A DNA stretch of 20,000 nucleotides, taken from positions 50,905 through 70,904 of the forward strand of contig JYFJ02001733.1 of the NCBI GenBank assembly GCA_000934665.2, in the 5' to 3' direction. Below, in pieces: positions 12,151-20,000 of this stretch. The stretch comes from Catajapyx aquilonaris. Lineage: Eukaryota. Below the pieces are notes generated by a model. That model had not been told where the DNA came from. It saw only the letters and a program-made list of their open reading frames with translations, and did not search any database. Made by a program: the position numbers and the translations under genes. The stretch's first letter is position 1; each line of letters begins with the position of its first letter.

Positions 12151-14554
12151 AGGTTATTTTATTGGGAAGATCAACAATCCATGTACTATACACTCTCTGT
12201 GAGAGGCGCAGGAAGTCTTAACTTTTTCAATGGGTCGCCATAGCCATCCTCTAAAAGTAATAGCAATCATCAATTAATATAAAATTAATAGCAAGCGGCA
12301 TCAGTCTCAAGGGGTCCTTACCAACTTGGCGTCGTCACGAAGAATGATGTGACAACAGTCGCTCTCCTCACGCTGTAATTATTATTGTAGGTCTCCTTGG
12401 TTAGTGACTGTAACAATCAGGTCGGCTGCACTGTACTGGCAGCTGCATAAATCAGCATAAATCACTATCGCGTTGCACGTATTCCGATAGCGGGCATAAA
12501 GATCATGTAAGTATAATGACGTGGCAGAGTCACTATCTTTATGTAAACAGGTTGTGGAATCCGTCGTTTAAGAGCGACGAGGCATCATGGTTTTGTATCG
12601 GGAATATAATTATGCGGTTTAAACCATGAACTTCCGCAGCCAGTCGTGCGTATCATGTTGCAACCATTTTGTGTTTCCTAGCTGCTGGTTTCGCGTAAGT
12701 GAGCAATATGTTTTGATGTGCTGTGCGTACATGTTGCAGTATCTTGTTAGCAGCAAATTAAGATACTTTTTATGTCAGTGCCGGGTGAGGGATGATCAGT
12801 ATAGGTGACCGGCAAGCATAAATAGTTATGTATTACGGTGAAGTGAAAATGTGACTCACTTTATACACCTTGCAAACGTCCCTTAATTGAAGTAATGGAA
12901 ACATGAAGGGGTCAATAACTGCCGGAATAAGTTGTTGCAACTGTGGTTGCAATAGGTTATTAGAAATTGGTTTTCATGTTGGACGTGTAAACTAGGTAAG
13001 CTTTTGACTCGTATAAGACTAATATTGCTTGTTCAGGGTTTACCATAGTCTGAGCAACTACTGTATCGACCTTACCGAATACAATGCAAAAGTCATCAAA
13101 CTTTCTGTATACCAAGTGATGAGAATAAGTCACCGACGCTTTACTTCTTATTAATGCTGAGCTTAATACGAGTGCTTATCAAATCTGGATCCATCACATA
13201 ATAATTATTATCATTATGCTGACTCTGATGCGAGATACATTTTAGGCATGTTGATTAAATACTTTCTGCTGCTGGTCTTCCCATTACATTAATAAATAAT
13301 TTGTACATTTTTTTGAACTGGACTCAATGTGGGGCCCTGCACGGATTCATCTCCTGTTCAACCACTATCAGTGCTTGATGACTGTGTAATACGGTGTAAT
13401 TTGATGTTGCAGTGGATTTACTGGGCGGATATGATTATCCCATGTAATGTAATCAATCCCACAGAGAGAGTTTAATTTAGTAAGATGCTGCACCATGCAA
13501 GAGTTTCTGTATTAATTATTTTCTTCTCTAGAATCTCTCTTCATAGGTATATACCAATATATAGGACCTAATAAGAGAACATGTACGTTTCACGTTACGA
13601 ATAAAAAAGCGTTGGCTAACATTATAAGGTAAGGTATATATTGTGTATGTGGCAGTCCACTTTATGACAAGACCGATTTATTCGCAATACGTTGAAATGA
13701 GTTACATGCAATGATGGGGAAAAAAAACTATTTCTCAAGATCACACTACAAATGTCGCACTGCAATGCGTCGATGTATTTATTTATTTTTAATTATGCAG
13801 GGATAAAATATTATTTTGAAGAATGATGGTAAACGTAGGCTACTTATTGAGAGGGAACACACTTGTGGTTTACGTTAATTTTCAATAATACTGTGCTGTT
13901 CGAAGTGCTGTTCTTATTAAGACTGATGTAGCCTAAATCGAGTTTGTTGGAGACCTTGTTATAATATGTGAATGGCGGTTATAATTAATAACGTTAGGCT
14001 TGTTTTCGCTGAGAGACTTATTCGGACCATCATTGGGGCGGAAAGTCCCAAAAAGTGGTTCAATATGGACGATATAGGCCTTTAATCCTGCTCAATGCGG
14101 AGGATGAAATAGATACATGTATAGTATGTAAAACCTGTCGTGAAATTAACAAAAGCATATTATTATGAGGTATTGGGCGGCATACGTATGACTCTTGTGG
14201 ACAACATGTGGGCACGCGATGATAATAATAATATTATCTACACTATACACACAGTACTGAGCGATCTTGGATGCAACATTACAAAAAAGGCTACGTTTAA
14301 TTTACGCATGCCTGTACGTGGAACGTAACACATGTGGAGAAGTGGAGAAGAAAAGAAAGAGACGCCACCTCCAGCGAGAGTTGTAGTTCTCTTTCTGGTT
14401 GGGTCGTCGTCCTCAGCTGCTTTCATTCTGGGTAGTCTATTTCTCTGGGGTTATATTTCGTCTAGCTCTGACCAAGCACCACCAGGGAAGGAAGGAAGGG
14501 AAGAAGGCAGCAGCTCAATGGTGGATCACTTATTATTGTTAATTACACTTGACA

Positions 14555-14574
14555 CCCCCCCNNNNNNCCCCCCC
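14555..14574. other. Poly-C tract containing 6 ambiguous N bases (assembly artefact)
   Basis: N at 14562-14567 within a C run. Confidence 0.95.
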
Positions 14575-14906
14575 AAACAAAAAAAAAAAACATAATTATT
14601 TACTTCTGCTGTCTCCTTATTGTTGCCAAAAAATGGCCGTCTGTTACAGCCGAGGTGAGGTGAAAATGGGTGTGTTACATCAGGAGTGAAATACGCAGGG
14701 CGGGATGTATGGCCGGGGCCTGCTGTCTTTCGTCGAGTCTGTTATACAACCGAAAGTCAGATATGCACACTGTATGTGGCAATCACGCCTTCATTTCAAA
14801 AGTGTGGAATAGGAGATGATGTCATTGTTACGCCGCATCATTTATTCCGCCTGTTGTCCCGCAGAGTGAATAGCATTGTTGTCGGCACCACCGCAACGAC
14901 GGGAAG

Positions 14907-15225
14907 ATGCGTCCGCTGAACCGGGCCACCTGCTGCATCTCGTGCTGCCCCAACAATGGCAACGACAACAACGACGACGGTCCAGGGGACCAGGTGAAGC
15001 CAGTGGCCTTCTTCCCGTTTCCGACGGAGCAGCAGCTGCGCTCCATCTGGATGTATGCCATCCTGAATCCGGACATGTTCCAGGTCTGCTCCAATCACTT
15101 CTTGGAGGAGGACCTCATTGTTCATCAGGAAGAAAAGTTGGTGGGCGATGCAAGTCGCGGCAGTGATGCCCCTAATGTGGTGCTGAAGGAGGGAGCCTAC
15201 CCATCCAGGAAGTTGCCCCACACCG
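14907..15225 (+). CDS. THAP (C2CH zinc-finger) domain coding exon, probably the first exon of a THAP protein or THAP-transposase
   Basis: C9-x4-C14-x46-C61-x2-H64 with conserved FPFP (P39), W48, VCSNHF and LKEGAYPS (AVPT-box equivalent). GC-rich codon usage. Plausible donor G|GTAATT at 15226 just after the domain; read unspliced, the ORF stops at 15272. Confidence 0.88.
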
Positions 15226-16138
15226 GTAATTATTATAAGCGGAGGGGGTCGTACATATCGGTCATACTGTAAGACTCCCAGCTGGGGCAGTGGTAAATAA
15301 ACTATTATAATTATCAGTCAGCCAACCGTATACAGCAACTAGTGCGAAATAACTAACTTAAAAAAAAAGCAGTTTCTGTTTTGGGGATTCAGTGCTTTTG
15401 AGAGCTTTTTATAGGGTGCAATGAGGGTGGAACAGGGATGGCGTAAGTGGCTCCTGCGCACCAGACCTATGCAAGTCGTTCCGAATCATCCATATAGAAA
15501 GTGGTGGGTTCTGGCAAATGACGAGACCATCAAGGGCATTAAGTTGCAACCATTCAGTTTACGTGATTAAAGCAAGACAAGGCGCTGTAATTAATATTGC
15601 ATGTGAAGGCCGTTTCTAGACTATAGTCTCGTCCCAGACAACAACCCACTAAGGTGGCCCTGACCTAGCCAATACAGTCGAACTCACACCTGCCCCGTTT
15701 ATGGTGCATGAGAAGGACGCCTGAAGTAAAGACGTCTATATTCTTATCTTGGAGGCAGCATATCTACATAATGGGTATGTCGTTTAAATTTTGACAGGTC
15801 ACTATCAAACCCCTTCTGCAATTTGGTAATTCCTTCCCTATCAACATGCTGATGGCTGAAGTCTCGCATTCCTAGAGTTTATCGTTGGCTCCTGGCTGCG
15901 TCTTCGCATTTCTTCCCCCATCTTACAGGAGGAATATCCCGAGGATGGGCTCATGCTGTACTTGCGTAATTCTTGTGCGTGTGATAGGCAGTGCCTCCCC
16001 CCCACTGTACACATGAATTTGTATTATTTGATCCTCCTTTAGTCACTTATGATGTGGACGCGAATGTGATCAGGAAGAAATTGTCTCAGGATACAGCCCT
16101 AGACCATGTTCCAACAACTGAGTTGCCCTGGTGTAGTA

Positions 16139-16899
16139 CGAGGGGCAGTCGGAAAGTAAATTTCGCGATGCTACAGTTTTAACGCCATGCGACTGACCGG
16201 GTAAAAAACGAGCATGGGCAGAGCTAGGTTGATCCTTCCTCTACTTTATAGGACGGCTAGGTGCCTTCTTGCACTTTCTGCACAGGCGCAGCAGACGTCT
16301 GACTATACAGAGTGGCAAGCAGAGTGTGCCTGCCCATATGCCTCCAGGAGAAGTCATGGCAGAGAGACAGTGTTGGTCACACAGACTAAGACAAAAGTGA
16401 AGGCAGATTTTAGTTACCAGTGGTCGACATCTGACGTACGACATTCATCGCCAGATAGTGGAGGTCATTAATAATTGGAGATGTCATGTCTGAGCAAATG
16501 GTGTAGTAATGTGGTGCCAGCAATTCCGGAATAAGCTCGCGAGCATTATGGACCACCAGAGACCTGGACTACCGACCAGGGGAATTACCGACACTGTCCT
16601 CAAGTGTCCCAACATCTGCCTTGGTCTGTGTGACCAACACTGTCTCTCTGCCATGACTTCTCCTGGCGACATATAGTTGGGCACACTTGGCTCGCCACTA
16701 GTGCTCATCCAATGGCTGCATCCAATGCGCATAGGTGCAAGAAGGCACCTACTGGCCCTATAAAGTAGAGGAAGGACCAATGTCTCTGCCCATGCTTGGA
16801 CGCTTATCCTGGATCGCTTGGATGCTTGGACGCTTATCCTGTCCGTCGCATGGCGTCGAAACTGTAGCATTGCGAAACTTGCTTTCCGACTGACCCTCG
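16139..16899. mobile_element. mariner-derived foldback MITE, 761 bp, with about 255-280-bp diverged inverted arms
   Basis: TA-CGAGGGGCAGTCGGAAAG... and ...CTTTCCGACTGACCCTCG-TA. Arms 16139-16393 and 16617-16899 align as inverted copies. CGAGGG end is typical of mariner TIRs. A 20-bp duplication lies in the right arm (16792-16811, 16822-16841). Confidence 0.92.
16356..16580 (+). pseudogene. Frameshifted N-terminal HTH fragment of a mariner transposase
   Basis: Across frameshifts: KTKVKADFSYQWS / DIHRQIVEV / GDVMSEQMV / WCQQFRNKLASIMDHQRPGLP. This matches the mariner N-terminal pattern EIHRQL.EVYG..MS...V..WC..F..G..S..D..R.GRP. Confidence 0.8.
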
Positions 16900-17331
16900 T
16901 ATTTGCATGTGACAATGCACTTGAAATGATTTTTAGAGGAGGGAAAGGCAGAATATGACCGTATTATGCCAGAAGTGTTACATTTGTATGTGTGAAACTA
17001 GACTGTCAGGAGCCTGCAGTAATGATAGTAGGGAGCTGCATTATAGAGCGTGAAAAGTTGACCTTGAAGAGACCATGAAGAGTTGATCATTCCTCTTCTT
17101 TTTGCTGATATTATGTGATTAGGTGGGACCTCAATAAGTACTCTCCTTTCAATATTTGTAAATGCATTTAACATTCCTCACATTGGCATTTGGAATCAAA
17201 GTACAGTAGAGATGTGCGATACGAATCACAGATGTGGCCTTGCAGCTCTCTCAAAATGAAGGGACGAGAGTACTCATTCTCTGTGGCGTACAAAGAATTT
17301 TTTTTGGCCTTATTAGAGTAGTTATTAATAA

Positions 17332-17770
17332 CTAGCGCACCCGTAGCCAAAGTTTGGCAAAACCTGCAATGAGGAAGACAATGGTAATGAAAAAATTGAA
17401 TGAGAGGGCTCGCGGAGTGACAACTAAGAAATAGAGTATAGCTGATGGTCGTAAGACGGGGTTGAGAAATTGAGGGGCATTGACTCAATGGACATACTGT
17501 ACACGTCCTGAATCGGACGTGAGAGAAGTTTTCATAAAACCTCCCGATATACAACATTGTGTGCAAACACTCTGTTGTTGGAGAGCAATGTTCCGTGTTG
17601 AGCAGTAGGAGTAGTGAACACTTTGACCTGACTTGGTTTGCGAGACCGGGACAGTGCCACATGCAGCTGGCCATGATTGGGAGAAGACAGGTTCATCCAG
17701 GGAAATGATAACGTGCTGATCTGGCCATGCGAGTTATTGTTGATCGTCATGCGGCATAGGCTGGGATGAC
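17332..17770 (-). mobile_element. Helitron 3' end remnant
   Basis: A helicase C-terminus is followed about 200 nt later by the hairpin GCCAAACTTTGGC (17346-17358), 10 nt upstream of the minus-strand CTAG (17332-17335), with T as the next base. This is the canonical Helitron terminus. Confidence 0.82.
17532..17770 (-). pseudogene. Decayed PIF1-family helicase C-terminus of a Helitron Rep/Hel protein
   Basis: VIPAYA(2-nt frameshift)MTINNNSHGQ...HGQLHVALSR...HNVVYREVL* matches the Helitron consensus PAFAMTINKSQGQ...FSHGQLYVALSR...NVVYKEVL. Confidence 0.9.
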
Positions 17771-17788
17771 ATTATGTCCATGAACATA

Positions 17789-18455
17789 CAGTAAAACTTC
17801 TATAAGTCGAATCTCCATGGGACCGGGAAAAAACTTCGAGTTATAGAAGATTCGAGTTAGAGAAGTTTGGCTTATTTTGAGCACATAACTCTATAAGGAA
17901 GCCTACCTTTATATCCAGCGACAAAAGGTGTTCAAAACTTAAAAATAACTGTCACTATGACACTTACAATGTTTCTCATTGTTTTGTTGTGAAAAAATGT
18001 CCTTTATGGACATTTGCCTACTCTTAGATTCAAGGATTCAATTGTCACAATCGAGTCAAACACTTCTTTCTGTATACGTCTGGTAGACGGAGATCAGGAA
18101 ATTGAGCCTTTCTGTACATGTGGCCTACTCTGTACCCTTCGGCTGGGAAATGAGAAAATTTTCCGTACTCGCCAACATGAACTTAGACTTAGGGAGACTG
18201 AAAATGCATTGATATCCCATCGTAAAGGGCCTTACGATGGGATATCAATGCATTTTCAGCATTTCAGCATTAATTTTTCAGTGCCTGCACTTCGAGTTAT
18301 GGAGAAATTCGAGTTGTAGAAATTCGAGTTGTAGAAATTCGAGCTAGGGGAGTTTATTTCCTATTACTTTACATTGTGACCAACCAAGCTCATCATTTTC
18401 TTCGACTTATAGAGATCTTCGACTTAGGGAAGTTCGACTTATAGAAGTTTTACTG
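17789..18455. mobile_element. pogo/Tigger-type MITE, 667 bp
   Basis: Perfect 23-bp TIRs CAGTAAAACTTCTATAAGTCGAA / TTCGACTTATAGAAGTTTTACTG. TA at 17787-17788 and 18456-18457. Clusters of subterminal TTCGA(G/C)TT motifs at about 17836-17860, 18291-18345 and 18401-18445. Confidence 0.95.
18198..18259. repeat. Perfect 28-bp inverted repeat with 6-nt loop inside the pogo MITE
   Basis: CTGAAAATGCATTGATATCCCATCGTAA-agggcc-TTACGATGGGATATCAATGCATTTTCAG. Confidence 0.97.
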
Positions 18456-18619
18456 TATAAGACTTTTGGATCCGGATCCAGCAGGCTATGATTAAGGCTA
18501 ATAATAATAGCTGATAATAGCTGATACGGGCATATTTGAGTGACGAGGCAACATGAGGGATGCAATTGCCCTTTGTGTAGGTAATAATGCTGTATGGCTT
18601 TATGATACTGTCATCTGTT

Positions 18620-18877
18620 ATTGGGCGCAGTGGTTAGCGCCGCAGCCTTTCACCTCTAAGGTCCCGAGTTCGATCCCCGGATCGGACAGAGTATATGCTT
18701 ATGAGGATATAGTTTCAATGGGTTCTCTCCATGTTCGCGTGGGTTTTCTCGGGGGTTCTCCCGTTTCCTCTCACAATCAAAATCCATCACAGCAAAGACA
18801 ATGATTAAAGTCAGTCAATTAAAAGATGATCCCCTAAAAAGCTGAAGGAGGCTTATCACGGGGTATCCATTATCTCC
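18620..18877 (+). mobile_element. tRNA-derived SINE with V-SINE-like central domain
   Basis: Pol III A box GGGCGCAGTGG (about 18623-18633), B box GAGTTCGATCC (18666-18676), V-domain-like TTCTCTCCATGTTCGCGTGGGTTTTCTCGGGGGTTCTCCCGTTTCCTCTCACA (about 18723-18775). Flanked by the 13-bp direct repeat ACTGTCATCTGTT (18607-18619, 18878-18890). Confidence 0.85.
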
Positions 18878-19193
18878 ACTGTCATCTGTTGTGGCCCCGC
18901 CAGGCAGGGTTCGTCGCCATGCAGGATATTTTTAGGTAATGCGGAGAGGAAGCGGAGCTGGGCGATTATGGTGGGTTTCGTATCCACAACATTTACAGTA
19001 CTCTCCGTCTTGTGGCGGCGGAGGCCAACGGACGTTATTGTGGCTTTGCCAACCTCCAATCCCCTGCTGATCCTTGTTTGCTTGCTCCGGGAGGTTCATG
19101 CTACGCCGCCAAATAAGTCGCAATGGTTAACTCTAAGCTAAGCTATCCGCTGAAAACAAGGCTGAAAATCATAAAAGATGCTCGATCCGGATC

Positions 19194-19340
19194 CAAGATG
19201 GCGGCATAGTTAGAAAGTGGGGCTGAAAGTAGCGGCGTATATGACAGCTTTCTGAATATTCTGAGGCTCAGATTGAATCAGTTGGCAGACCTGTATTGGC
19301 GGGAAAGGAAATAGGTGGCGGTTAGGACTTTTGGCGGGAA
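19194..19340 (+). promoter_or_regulatory. Putative Pol II promoter with one YY1 motif and two E2F motifs
   Basis: CAAGATGGCGGC (19194-19205), TTGGCGGGAAA (19296-19306) and TTTTGGCGGGAA (19329-19340) in a CpG-rich stretch upstream of a probable coding exon. Confidence 0.45.
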
Positions 19341-19352
19341 GGGAAAGCGGCG

Positions 19353-19456
19353 GCCTGAAGAATTAGTGCCGTACTGACCAAAAGGTGGCAACACTTTCTT
19401 GGCCGCCGCCAAGGGAGTGCTGCCACCTTTTTCTTCACGGCACTACTTCTTCAGGC
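19353..19456. repeat. About 104-nt imperfect foldback
   Basis: Outer stem GCCTGAAGAATTAGTGCCGT / ACGGCACTACTTCTTCAGGC (1 mismatch). Inner 24-bp stem 19380-19431 with 1 mismatch, 2 G-T pairs and a CGCC loop. Confidence 0.92.
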
Positions 19457-19587
19457 AGCAGCAACATCTGGCGTTCCCTTGTGGCGTTCTAGACAAGGCA
19501 ATTATTATGGGGAATTTAAATGCCTAAACAAGTCTTCTAGTATATTGCAATTAATGTACTTGTTTCTTATTAGTTAAACGGATTACG

Positions 19588-19793
19588 ATGACTGGGAAGA
19601 CGACAAGAAAGGTTGACAGTGCTGCTGCTGCTGCTGCTGCTGTAAAACCATCGCAATCCAGCCGTGACGACAAGCAGCAGGGGAGGAGTAAAGCAGCACC
19701 ATCGAAAGATGAGCTGGGACGCAAACTTCCTGCCAAGACGCAAGTGAAACCTGGCAACCGGATTCCAGCTGGTACTCGGGAGCATAATGATGT
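19588..19793 (+). CDS. Probable first coding exon of an unidentified protein (K/S/Q-rich, poly-Ala, likely disordered N-terminus)
   Basis: Acceptor-like TTTCTTATTAG ending at 19573, ATG at 19588, open frame to a consensus donor GTAAGT at 19794. No recognisable domain. Confidence 0.55.
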
Positions 19794-19804
19794 GTAAGTA
19801 TCGC

Positions 19805-20000
19805 CAGAGCTGCCAACCCTCCCGCATTGGGCGGGGGGCTCCCGCATTTACGTGTTCTCCCCCGCCCCCCCGCAAGCAGGGTTATTTCCCCCGCCGTAGA
19901 GATTATCGTTAAATTATTAGATTTAGTACAAGTACTACCTCACTCAGCCCCGTGTCACTTCCCCCCTAGTTGTATGGATGCGATAGTTTCATTTCTGTGT
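19805..20000. mobile_element. Possible left end of a hAT (Blackjack-like) non-autonomous element running out of the window
   Basis: CAGAGCTGCCAACCCTCCCGCATTG resembles CAGGGTTGCCAAC-type hAT ends, followed by repeated CCCGC subterminal motifs. No partner TIR in the window. Confidence 0.4.

Noticed and set aside
12322..12372. 51-nt minus-strand candidate exon (TTACAG...GTAAGG; REESDCCHIILRDDAKL)
   Set aside because: No partner exons or homology could be established.
15448..15690. TAGTCTCGTCCCAGAC (15624) and TACAGTCGAACTC (about 15673) as transposon ends
   Set aside because: They resemble Academ-like and pogo-like termini, but no convincing partner TIR was found.
18291..18445. CRISPR-like regularly spaced repeats
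   Set aside because: Motifs are about 8 bp with short similar spacers, inside a MITE in eukaryotic DNA, with no cas genes.
18622..18685. tRNA gene
   Set aside because: No complete acceptor stem, and it runs directly into a SINE core; it is a SINE head.

Overview
Eukaryotic, most likely metazoan invertebrate, genomic DNA: AT-rich, with GT-AG splice signals, many compound microsatellites and a small N gap. It is mostly intergenic or intronic and dominated by transposon debris. Well supported: four TA-flanked IS630-Tc1-mariner/pogo-type MITEs (4243-4666, 8028-8655, 16139-16899, 17789-18455), the 3' end of a Helitron with a decayed PIF1-helicase C-terminus and hairpin-CTAG terminus (17332-17770, -), a tRNA-headed V-domain SINE with a 13-bp flanking direct repeat (18620-18877) and a THAP zinc-finger exon (14907-15225). 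More tentative: a decayed Penelope-like GIY-YIG/hammerhead end (about 11470-12150, -), a YY1/E2F-motif promoter with a 100-nt foldback preceding a probable first coding exon (19588-19793) and a hAT-like terminus at the window end. The most striking unexplained structures are short perfect or near-perfect palindromes (11302-11378, 18198-18259, 19353-19456). No CRISPR array, prokaryotic operon or clearly novel multi-gene system is evident. Most ORF-track entries are microsatellite or chance ORFs.
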